Assembly (NCBI GenBank): GCA_051294375.1
Contig: CM119263.1
Coordinates: 11,571,130-11,635,129 of the forward strand
Source of the DNA: Paraspadella gotoi
Lineage: Eukaryota; Animalia; Chaetognatha
Direction: 5' to 3'
DNA length: 64,000 nt
Shown here: positions 41,014 through 52,568 of the stretch, one piece after another
Layout of the letters: each line of letters starts with the position of its first letter
Numbering within the stretch: position 1 is the stretch's first letter
Program-made: the position numbers and the translations under genes
The notes under the pieces: generated by a model
Seen by the model: only the letters and a program-made list of their open reading frames with translations
What the model was told of the DNA's origin: nothing
Database searches by the model: none

Positions 41014-44000
41014 ATGCATGGATTCAGCGGCGACGCATTGTCCAAGCCCTCGTCAGTGGCGGCGTCGTCGTCGGCACACGGATCCAAGTATGACCCCCTT
41101 CACTCAGAGCCCCCTGCCAAGCTGACGAACAACAATGGCAACAACAACAATAATGAAAGGTGACCTATTTACCTGGCTCAGAGCAGGACTGGGTTCACAA
41201 TTTTTTCTAGATACCTGGACCTAATTGGTACTTATGAAATTTGTTTTCCCAGTGACGTTGAAAACTTAACTTTCGTTGCCATGCCTAAATCCAAAAAATC
41301 AAGGAAACAACCGCCAAGGTGGGTTAAAATTATTAAAATCCATTTTTTGCTAATTTTGTGGCCTACTTTTAATTTTGCTTTGATTATAGAACAAAAAACA
41401 ATTTATTGATCTCTATATGACAGGAGGTGGCAAGTTTTTGCCGGACGCAACAAGTTTTATTGCGACGGTCGCATAATGATGGCGCAACAAACTGGGATCT
41501 TCTATTTCACCTGCGGCCTCATTCTCGTCACGTGCGGTCTTTTCTTTGGATTCGAGTAAATATTTCTTTTTATATACTAATTTATTTTAACATTTACTTG
41601 TGCAGGTGAGTAGATGAGTCGGCATGGCTAAATACTATATAGTAATTACGCTACACAAGTTGTCTATCAAGCTGTTGTGGACTGTTAACTTTTTTTATTT
41701 ATTGTTTTAACCTCCGTACTCCGTAGTTGTCCGTATCTGGCGAGAGAAATATCGGTGGCAATCCCAATCGTCGGCGCCGTTCTTTTCATATTCGTTATGT
41801 CCACGTTGTTCCGAACGTCGTTCACAGATCCCGGTGTCATTCCGCGCGCTACGCAGGTTCAAATTAGTATTTATTTTAAAGTATACTTAATTTTTCAATT
41901 TATTTATTTCTATTCTAAATGAAAATTAACGAAAGTTTTTACAGTATTTTTTAGTTGTTTCCTCCTTTTTGGAAGATTCAAATCTTTTTGTAAAAAAGCA
42001 CTCACATTAACACACATTAACACACAGGACGAAGCGGCGGACATCGAGAAGCAAATCGCGGAGATCCCCGCTCACGCGTCGGGCAACTCTTACCGCCCCC
42101 CGCCGCGAACAAAGGAAGTCACCATCCGAGGTCAGACGGTCAAGCTCAAGTACTGCTTCACTTGCAAAATATTCAGACCCCCGCGAGCCAGCCACTGTAG
42201 CCTCTGCGATAATTGTGTCGGTGAGTACAATACAGTAGTAATAGTAGTATTATTTCTTGATGGTACTAAAAGTTATTAATGAAGCGTTTTTGACAGCACC
42301 TTGCTTAGGTCCTGTTAATCATTCTCTTTTGGTTTTTTAAGTAGTTTTTTACTAGTATCTCTGCGGTCGGCAGTTTTTAGTCGGATCTGCTTATCAGCAG
42401 ATCCCGACTCTAATTCGCTTAGTCGGTCCGTCCCACCATATCAAAAAACTTCAATTACTTGTGATTGCGTGGTTGGATTGGAATGAAATTTTGTGGGTGA
42501 GTAGGAAAGTGTGTGATTGAGCAGGATTTAAAGTTTCGATACATATCTTTTTCCTAATTTTAACTCATAATAAATCTAATTAATCATAATTGGATGGATA
42601 GATTGAGTTAAAATTTTTGTGTGGGTAGGAAAGTGTGTGATTAAGCAGGATTTAGTTTCGATGGAATCATACGAGTGGAAATAAGTTTAAATGGAAAAAA
42701 CCAATGTCAAATTGACTTGAATTTTTTTAGTTTTAATTATTAAAAAATGAGTTTTGTATGTGGTTAGGAAAGTGTGTGATTATGCTAGATATAAAATTTT
42801 GATGGAATCGTGCGAGCGGAAATGTAAAAAAGAAAAGTCACATTCATTTATTTTGACTGATAAGTTTACAATAGCTTCATTAAAATATAATTATAATTAT
42901 AGCGTCTATTTATTATCATTCAAACATTACATACAATCATAGTCAAAATTAAATTTAATCGAATTGGAAATCGTGAATTAAATTCGTAAATTAGAAATTG
43001 TGAGTTAATGTAACAATCGTGAATTAAAATCTTTGAATAAAAATAGTCATTTTAAAATCTTTAATCAGTAAACTTTAATTGAAAATCTTTAATTAATAAT
43101 ACTCACTTCACGATCAATTGATTATGAATTGACGATCGTCACTTCACGATTATCACTACTCGATCGTCACTTAACGATCGTCAACTCATGATTGTAAATT
43201 CACGATCTTAGACTCAAGATCATTATTTCACGTTTGTCAATTTTTATGAATAAAAATTATGTCCATCCAAAAAAAAGAGAAAGAATGAAAGAAAGGACGA
43301 AAAAAAAAAGAAAGAAAGTAGAAAGACATCTGATTAGCTGCTTACCACTAAATTATGTTGGGCAAATCCGACATTGTTTGCTCAAACTTGTTTTTCCCAT
43401 ATCAAAAGCCTGAAACTGTCGTTCTCTCGTAAACATACACATAGTAATTCCTTTATCTAATTAATACATTAAATTTATTTATTATTCTTATGAATTTATT
43501 CATTCAATTAGGTTATTCATTAAATTCAATTGTTTCTTTTACCCAATCCTTCATATAATTTATTTATTACATTCATTTATTTATTCATTTATTTATTCTG
43601 GTCGTCTGTTATTTCCTTCTTTTGCTCTCAATCTCTCTTTTTAGTTGCGCCGCGAGTACTCTATAAGTCACTTTTCGGTCGGTCTGTATGTCTGTTCATC
43701 GGTCTGTCCCACTTACATTAAAAACGCTTATAACTTACCTATAGTTTGTTGCTCATTTGTTAAAAATCAAATCTAAGCGACTTCTGGCGCCGCCTTTTGT
43801 TTTTAAATAAATCTTATAAGCTATAAGGAATAAATGACATGTTAAGTAAAAAAAAATTAATGCGGCGCAACACCTTGGAATAACTGTTCCTTGTTAAGAC
43901 AGAAAAAAAAACTTAAAACTAAGGGACTACTAGCGCTGCCTTCAGGAAATCCTAAAACTAAGGAATAAAAGACGAAATCCGATGCAGTGCGTGTCATAAA

Positions 44001-47000
44001 TACACACTATACACAGGCTAAGAAAGTTATTGTAGTAATGTCGTGTCATATCATGTCATGCCATGTCACGAGAAATACACGTGAAAATAAAGTCACATGG
44101 GATGAACCGATCTTGTTTCTTTCTTTTTCTTTCTTCTTTCTTTCTTTCTTACTTTCTTTCTTACTTTCTTTCATTTTATTTTTTTTATCTTTCATTCCAT
44201 AACATATTGCCTCATGATAATGGAGTTGCCACACAACAATAATGAAAACCTATCTTATATTTTCTAATAGCGGCTTTCGTTCTGTTGTGTTTTACATTTT
44301 ACATTTTAAAAGCGTTTTTTTTATATTATGTTAATATTTTTAAAGTCATAGTTTTTATTTCATCTTGCAACGTACAGTATCTTTTACAACAGTATATCCT
44401 CCCCAGAGCGCTTCGACCATCATTGCCCTTGGGTCGGAAACTGCGTCGGAAAGCGAAATTATAGATACTTTTACTTGTTCATCGTTTCTCTCGCTCTTCT
44501 CTGCGTCTTCGTTTTCGCCTGCGTCCTCACTCATCTCATCCTTCGTGAGTCTTGAAAACATTTATCCAATCCATGACTCGTTTAACTTTAACTTAAGCCC
44601 CCATTTTTTGTTTTCAGTGGCGCAAAAGGACGGGATTCTCGCCGCCATGCAAAAATCGCCTGCAAGATATCCTTTTTTGACACATCTGATAGAATGTTGA
44701 AGAATGAAGTTTTGACTACCAAATGATTTCATGTGAAATGCTGCTTAAGTGACGAATGGCGAGTTTAGTTTCATATCATTTCTTATTTATTTTATATCAG
44801 TTGATTGATGAAGCATGCGGATGATGGCGTTTTTTGAAATTAAAAGATTTACATTTTATTTTCCTTAACCGTTTTGTTCACTTGTGTGGAGATTCTAGTG
44901 TGCTTCTTCTCCGTTTGGTCGATCATAGGCCTTTCGGGCTTCCATTCATATCTCGTGGCTACCAATCAAACCACCAATGAAGACGTGAGTTCAATTCATT
45001 ACTTTTTTTGTTTTTATCGAATATTTTTGCTATTTTGTTTGTTCGCTTTTTCGTAACCTTCTTTTGGTACCATTTTAGTTTAAAATTTTTTTAGTTAGAT
45101 TTGACCACATGAGAAAATGCTTTATCCCTATTTTCCATTAATGAGCGGTGTTTTAATTTGTGATTGGTGAAGTCCAAATCGAATGGTGATAGCTGCGCGA
45201 CCTTAAAACTCAGAAAACATTTGGGCTTTTTAAAAACTTTCAAACGTGCTTTCCTTGACTATTTTGTGCGGTGATTTGTTTACTTTGGTGGTGGCCATCA
45301 TCTGCTTTATCTCCGCCTGGTCAATCGTCGGCCTCGCAGCCTTCCACACCTATCTCACCTCCTCCAACGTTACCACCAATGAAGACGTTAGTCAATGACC
45401 CTCGTTTTTGTTTGCGCAAATTTACCATCAAATTAGCTACATATATAATTTTTTACAGACTCATATAAAGTTTTCTTACCCTTATAAATGAAGTTTTTCA
45501 AAATGTAACGGTGAATTTTGTTAGTCGTCCGTTTCATGTTAGGTGTAATTTGGTCAAATTTCCTACCATTGATTCCGTTTTTATAGAATAGAAAGCTGCT
45601 CATTTTCACTTGAAAGAAAACAGAGCTAACAAATAATTGCGGGAATGGTTGTAAAAAGCGTTTGTTCTCGCCACAGATAAAAGGATCGTTTTCGGCTCGA
45701 AGGGGACAGGAGGCTTTCAATCCTTACAGCCATGGATCTTTCATTAAAAACTGCTGTTTTCTTCTTTGCGGTCCGCCGTTTCCCAGGTGCTGAAGTATTG
45801 ATTTTTTGTATCCCTACATTATATTCTAAATACCAAAAACCTTTTTGTAACTTTTTTTTTGCCTTCTTACTTCAAGCTTGATGAACCGGAGAGGTTTCGT
45901 ACAGCCAGAGTCTTCACACTATTACCAGCTGGTGAGACCCACTTCCTCTCCTAACATTTCCTCCCCTTCGGCTCAAACAACCGTCGCGGCAGCCGCCGTC
46001 TTAGAGCCGGTCGGAATCACCTGCGATGACGCCAACGTCAAATCTACTACCGTCGTCGCTCTCGACGCCAAGCAAACTCTCTCTGCCGTAATTTTTTTCA
46101 TTTTTTTTTTCATTTCTTTGTTGTTAGATTGTCAGATCATTCCCCGATAGTTTAGGTAATAGTATGATAAGTGTTGATGAAAATAATATATAATAAATAA
46201 TAAATATTATTTTCATGATTTTTATTTGTGTTTTCTGTTATCATGACTTGAAATTACTTAAAAAGAAACACTTCGAATTTTTTTTATTTTGGTTTATGTA
46301 TTTGTTAAGAGATTAGCGTTAAATATTTGTGTTAAAATTACGTTCAGGGATTTGGCGATTTCAGAAATTAGTGTCCAAGATATTATAGGGGAGTCCGACG
46401 AACCGACTAAGTTAAAAAGCATATTGTATAATTTTTTTTTTATTTTTCTTCCTTCGTTTTTTTTTTTTTTTTTAGATTCCGCCAATACAATCCAACCTTC
46501 CCTCTCAAGACTCCGGCCTTTCTTATGGAGTTGTTTTTGACCGACATCCCACCGCCCAGAACAACTACGGTGCCACTACTAACTCTCAGGTCAAAATTTA
46601 AAGTTTTAAAATGACTTGCTGTTTGTGAAAAAAAACGCATTGCAATTAATTTGCCGGTAAATTTTAGTATTAAGATGATTATAACCCAACAAACGTAACA
46701 TACTTATTATTATATGTTTATCGGCAGTATCCGATAATTTAGAAGCCCTTTAGCTCTCTATAAGAGTAGTTTAAGTTTGAAACACGATTTACAATTTATA
46801 AAAAAAAATTGAGGTCTCAATAAATTTCTCGGGGCTTAGGCAAAGTTAACAATGCGTTGGAGGTTTCTGAAAAAAATATATCATTTGAAATAATTGAGGT
46901 GGATTAGCTTCAATCAAATTCAAATCAAAAAAATGTTTAAAATGCTTTCGCCGTTTTTCTCTTTGTTCCTTTTATTTCTGCACTTTTGTGTGATAATTAT

Positions 47001-50000
47001 TTATTTTTCATTTTCTTTTGAACATTTATTACTTTTCTATAACGACTTAGACTGAGACTGAAAATCCAATATCGCTCTGTCCTCAACAGTACAATCAACT
47101 AAAGAGTAAATCGGGGGATACAACCAAGATCTCTGAGTCCATCGTGGCTCGCTGCGGTTATCAGACTGAGGATAAGTCCTTTTCAGGTCATACTTTGTTT
47201 AAATTTACTGTGAAGACGTACATAAAAATGTGTTAAGGTAGCACCATTTTAATTTGATTGGCTTATCCTAAAAATCTAGTTCTATAAAGAATAAAAAAAA
47301 TAATTCCCTAACCGTTATTTGGTTACTTATTACTCAAGTATTATGCAGTCGAATCAGCTATATTGCCATTGATCGGGTTCTATTATTTCGAATATACATT
47401 AGTTTTAAACCAAAAATCATTTTAAGTCATTTTTACTGACTCCCAGCCAGCACCAGTGTATATCTTAATTTTAATCAGTTGCATTATAATTGTGTCTTTA
47501 ACAATGAATATGCAACATGCTTAAGAATGTTACCCATTTTGGTTTTTATTATATTTTTACTTTGTCGCTGACTTTTTTGTTTGTTTAGCACTGTAGCCGT
47601 AGAACTAATAGCACTTTCATAACTTTTTTGATTCGGGAATTCAATTCACAATTTATTATTTTGTCTTTATTATGAATATTACATGCTATAGAAATGATTG
47701 ATCATGATTCAATGGTAGATTTGAATAATAATATTTAGCAGTTTTGTTTTATGATATGGAATTGGTACAACCAATATAAAATTATCCATTCAAGCTATCC
47801 TTTCTCTAACTTTGGACATGCTTCGGTGGTTTACGGCCTCCATCACTCTTACATGATAATAACATAGTAGGTCCCTGCAAGGTTTCAATCAAGACTCTGA
47901 CAGCTTGTTTATTCACTCCCAGAGTACTTGTCTTCCCTATCAATATATTATATTACTTGCTTTTCTTGAACTTCGTTTAACAAATTGAGAATGATTAAAA
48001 ACTACTTGTACTTGTGCTAACAGATACATGTATTTATTGATGCCCTTCAAAACTAGTATTCAGAAATCTGACTAAAAACAAGCTGCAAGTAAGTGCAGAT
48101 TATTTGTTTAGACACCGTTAATTATTTTTAATATGTTTTAGGGTAAGGGTTAAGATAAGGGTTAAGATGAAAGTTGAATAAGGGTTAAGATTAGGTTCAT
48201 GGTTGGTTAGCTCATTAGGGTTAAATGTTACAATTAGAATTAATATTTGGGATTAAGGAACAGAAATGGGGCGCTTTTTGGATATGATAGCCTGTGGTGG
48301 CATATTCACTCCGCCTCACCTCCAGCTTGATTCAGCTTCATTGGGGGAGCGCAACATCCCAATCATTACGTCCTAACTACATAACGTCCTGGGGTAAACT
48401 CGCCAGTGACAGGTGGCGTCACTGAGGGTCGGAAACAGCTTACGCCATCAGTGAGATGTTCCATGAGTGCTAAGTATGGAATTAAATTATGCTAAGATAT
48501 TAGTTATGGTTTTGCTTTCTAAAGGAATTTCATTTAATTTTAATATTTATGCAATCATTGCTTTTATACTTTTTTATATAATCATAATTCTGAATCATTA
48601 TTGAAAAAAAATTAGACATGGCTTGATGACAGTACACACTATACAGGCACACTATACTCTACACTGAATGAGTACACCTTCAGTCGTGACTCGGTGGCTC
48701 GAGCTTAAGCCTAGTTCCAAGCCCAGGACCCTTTCCATGGCTGCTACAGGGGGTGAAAGAGGTTCCGGATAGCACTCTTCAGCCCACTTAGCTCCTTATC
48801 CATACTTGTGAGCCCTTTTTGTAGAGCGTATTTCATCCTAATTGAGGGCCCTGGACTTGCTGACGATTACTCAACTCTCTTAACTTTGCTTCTCCCTGCC
48901 CTATCTAAGCTACTGTCTACGCACTTGCCAACATCACCTTCTTATCTGATAAGATTTTGATTCACGTCTCTCTTCTCTCACCATCATCCTCGGTCGCCAA
49001 CTTGACAGCCGATTTAAAATTTAATTAGCAAATTTAATGTTGAAAACATTTAAACGAATCTATTACCTATTACGTATTATGTTTCAAAATAAAGTAGTTT
49101 TCTTTCTGTTTTGCTCGTTACATGTGCTCGCAATCACCGAGTACGGACTTTTCTCACTACATATTCGCGCGAAAAGTACCTATTCAGTGCACTAGTCGTG
49201 ATAGTCGTCAATATCTTCTCCTACAGACATCGGAAGCCCGACCCTCGACTGTCCCATTACTGGCAGTCCCGACGACCTCGCGAGGTCAGGCCACGGAACG
49301 GTCAATGGATCCTACCCGTCGCCCAGCAGGCGGGCCGGGCAGAGCGGGGCGCCTTCGATCGGGGCTCCCCCATTCGGCGTCGCTGGAGGGGCCGGGTCAT
49401 CAGCGGAGGAAAGACGAAGAGGCGATGCCTCGGGTAATCAGAACGAAGTCTCGAATTCGATCTAATTTTTATTGCTTCTCGTGTAAACTCTTACTCCGTA
49501 ATTTAAAATTTGTTATGTATACAACTTATATGTATTTTTATTCTTTTAACATATTAGATGCACTTCTGAAATTTACCTTAGCAGATTACATTTTATTCTC
49601 AAGTACTTCATAAATCACCACAACATATTTTCGTAACTATCCTTTGCTGTAAATTTAGTTACAACTTTTCCTTTTTTAATTTTACGATTGTAATTATATT
49701 CCCTTTCACTTCTCAGCATCCAAAACTTCAAAGCACCAAATCAATGGGAGCGGTTTCAACTCGACAGGAACATCCTCCCGGATCTCGCAGACAAGGCTCA
49801 TTTCAGAGAAGTTCGTTTTCCTTTAATTTAATTCCTTTAAAATAGATTTCCGGTTCATGAGCAAAACAAATAATAATAAACATTTATCATCTGTCAATAT
49901 TGAATATAGTTTTAAAAGAGGTACAAAATAATTTTTTTCCCAACCGCGCGTTAATCCCATCAGTTTTTGCACTGGCAGGTCCGCACCGACGCAACGAAGT

Positions 50001-50913
50001 CAATTCGGCGTCGCCGAGGTTGGAGGAATCCATGGCGCGTCCTCATTGGGCGCCGACGCCGAGCGTCGACCATCCGGCGCCGGCCAAAGCCTCCTCTTCG
50101 TCACGCAACGAGGAAACGGGAATCCCGGTCTAGGTTCGCAATGAGAGTCATTGTCATGATTGTGCGAAGGGGAAGAAGAAGATTCGAGCCTCGAATCGAG
50201 GAGAAGACTGATCTAACACTTCTTCATGTTTTGTTGGTTGGGGTTATTGTGGTCGTTCGTGTAATTTCATTAGTTGCTATTATTGTGCTTGTGGTATTTA
50301 TTATTGTAGTAGTTACTGGGATTGTTGTAGTTGTGGTTGTTGCAATGATTTGTTGCAGCATGCCATGCATGCATCCATAAGTTTCATGAGAAACCGTAAG
50401 AAATGAAAGTTTAATTTTGAAACCTTTACATTTAATCACATTTCATTCATTTCTTTTTCATCGAACCTGTTTTCCAGCTTTAACGCTTTAACTTAATCGA
50501 TTGATCCAGTTATGAGTGAGTAGAGTTCAAAGCAAAGAAGGGACGGATGGACGGAGGAACAGACATATTTTGTTTGCATAACATTTTATTTATGTTGATT
50601 TTAAATCTTGTAAGATGTTGTATGCTTATTCGACTAAAAATTCGTTCTATGACCTAATTCAAAAATTAACCAATACGCCCTTGCACCCCGTTTTCCAGAT
50701 CCCAACCATTCTCTTTCGCGGCCGCAATGTCAGGCCTCCCGTCCTACTAGCAGCGCTCATCGTTCCACCTCCCAGACTCGCCTCGTCGCCTCCGAAGACG
50801 ACATCGATGACGACGCCAACGACGACGGTGTCGTGGATTCACTCGTCGATTTGGAAGCGACGCCGCCGACGAAACAAGAGGGCGTTCTGCGGTTGCGACA
50901 GAGCGCCGTGTGA
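41014..50913 (+). CDS. ZDHHC14: DHHC palmitoyltransferase, ZDHHC9/14/18 (approximated) group; core exons 41253-41318, 41424-41555, 41727-41856, 42028-42220, 44407-44544, 44618-44666, 44882-44984 or 45284-45386, 45677-45786, 45877-46087; tentative 41014-41159, 46476-46589, 49227-49433, 49717-49810, 50699-50913
   Basis: Spliced translation gives [102 protein letters not shown]. All junction phases are consistent. The start (41014 or 41281) and the low-complexity tail exons are less certain. Confidence 0.9.
42374..43395 (+). mobile_element. Non-autonomous Helentron-type (HINE/DINE-1-like) element in a ZDHHC intron
   Basis: Starts in a T-run with a 5' hairpin AGTCGGATCTGC..GCAGATCCCGACT and a GTCG/GTCC microsatellite, then internal tandem repeats. 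The 3' end has ATCCGAC (inverse of the 5' GTCGGAT) and a stem-loop ACATTGTTTGCTCAAACTTGT before a T-run. Related copy at 57459-58212. Confidence 0.65.
43637..43711 (+). mobile_element. 5' end of another HINE-like element
   Basis: TTTTTAGTTGCGCCGCGAGTACTCTATAAG followed by a GTCGGTCTGT microsatellite. A related reverse-strand motif lies at ~36668-36725. Confidence 0.45.
44667..44881 (+). other. U12-type (minor spliceosome) AT-AC intron
   Basis: 5' site ATATCCTTT at 44667, branch point TTCCTTAAC at 44861-44869, AC at 44880-44881. Removal gives in-frame [16 protein letters not shown], colinear with ZDHHC14-type proteins. Confidence 0.92.
44882..44984 (+). CDS. ZDHHC14: ZDHHC mutually exclusive exon A (TM4 + TTxE)
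   Basis: 103 nt, (S)[34 protein letters not shown]; AC acceptor, GTGAGT donor. Confidence 0.9.
45284..45386 (+). CDS. ZDHHC14: ZDHHC mutually exclusive exon B (TM4 + TTxE)
   Basis: 103 nt, (S)[34 protein letters not shown]; branch TTCCTTGAC at 45251-45259, AC at 45282-45283, GTTAGT donor. Confidence 0.85.
48138..48280 (+). repeat. Degenerate TTAGGG-like tract with a conserved flank
   Basis: GGGTAAGGGTTAAG.. units, then GGGATTAAGGAACAGAAATGGGGCGCTTT, which is shared in reverse with ~58575-58601. Confidence 0.6.
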
Positions 50914-52568
50914 AGAGGATATAAGGGGGATTCAGTTGATTTTTTTTTCTTTATTCACTTTCTTTCCCTTAATCATGATGATTTGCACTAAAATCATGTT
51001 GTCATCTGATCTGTAATGTTACGGTAAAAAGAGTTCAAATTAAAGAATAAGCTCCGCAACATTTCTCTTTCCCGCTTTTTGTTATTATATATATTTTTTA
51101 TTGTATTTTTTTCTCTCTTCTGTCGTGATGTAAAAAGAAAATAAATGACTCGTCATTTCGTTAATCTTACCGAAATACAATCGAAGCAGAATTGAAATGG
51201 TTAACAAACACCGTTTGATCTCGGATTTCGGTGACTCTCTAGTTCTTATTCGATATCGTGTTTTGTTTTTAGCGAAACAAAAAAATCTTAAAAAAAAAAA
51301 AGAATCCTGCGCCGTAAAAGCACATCCTTCCTGAAAGATTTGAAACGTTTCTTATCTTTCCTTCATCTACTTCTCATTGCCATCACTACTAGCATATTCA
51401 TAAACTCATATTGACTTTTTAATGAATGATACATGCATTGTCGCATTTGTATCGGTATCCTTTGAAGGCTAAAATTATTATTATTCTTATTATAACTACC
51501 GAGCCTCTGTGTCCTATTATCTATTTTCCCTTTTTTTATTCTAAACGTAATTCCTACTGCGTTGATATTAGTTCGGGGACAGAATTATATGATGACTAAC
51601 TACTTACTTCGTACCCTTTTTTAAAAATAAAAAATAAAATTCTCTTTGTAAAGTATTCCCCCGAACAATTATTTTTCTTTTAAATTTACTTTGACCCTCC
51701 TCGCTTTTTAGTTATTTGTGTCCGTTTCATTGCTTAGTCCTTTTGATTGATATCTGTCAATTTTTTATACTTTCAAAAAAAGTGTTAGTGAAAGCCTAGA
51801 AGACCTACTTTTTTAGGAGTATTTTGCATTATGTTAAACAAAGACATTCTTTGTTACTTCTAATTACTCACTATTATCAACTGAGTAAGTTGATGATTAT
51901 GATGGTATTGTCAAAATTGATACCATATTAAGCTCTGACCATGAAAAAAATTGTTAAAAAACTAAAATTGTTTATTAAATGAAGGTGATTTGCATTTGGA
52001 AACAATATCACGTTTTAAAGCCACTGTCTTAGCTTAACATGAATCTGACTTGTAGTTTTCTTCGTCAAGACCCATTCCTAGTCGTTTTTCGAAGTGTTTC
52101 TGAAAATTTTTACTAGTAGTAGTAAAAATTAAGACGGTGAACTAAATCTTTATTTTGTAAATTGAATGATGTACCGGTAAAATTATACAAAACCTTTTTA
52201 AAACAGTATCAGTGTTTAGGGTTTCGTAGTTTTCTTAGTAAATTGTTGTCTATTTGATTTAGCATATTTAAATGTGTTTTCACCAGGAAAAAAAAACGGA
52301 CAAATAAATTATGGGTGGTGCCCTAAAAATAGTTTGTAGGTTTGATTAGCTTTTATCTAAGAAGAACTTAAAACTGCCGTGTTGGTATAATTATTTAAAT
52401 TTCAATTTACTGCCTCTCGTAAAGATATGCAACAAAAACCAGAATTTTTAGAAAATTCATATCTCAACGAACTCTAGATGTAAATGCATCAGTGAGTAGT
52501 GATTCTTTAAAATTTTACCGTCTTTTGAAAAGCCATTTACAATACTTATTTTTAACAAAATTATTACC

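Noticed and set aside
42490-43240. Regularly spaced repeats resembling a CRISPR array (also 57690-57812)
   Set aside because: Eukaryotic context, degenerate head-to-tail units, no unique spacers and no cas genes; they lie inside HINE-like elements.
44378-44402. GTATCTTT and ATATCCTC motifs resembling U12 donors
   Set aside because: Imperfect consensus, within the 3' end of a normal GT-AG intron, with no upstream exon to serve.
48680-48730. Possible tRNA-derived SINE head
   Set aside because: A- and B-box-like motifs are too degenerate and too close, and no second copy was seen.
50224-50380. Val/Ile-rich transmembrane-looking ORF
   Set aside because: Product of a degenerate (GTT/ATT)n tract downstream of an exon; no splice or homology support.
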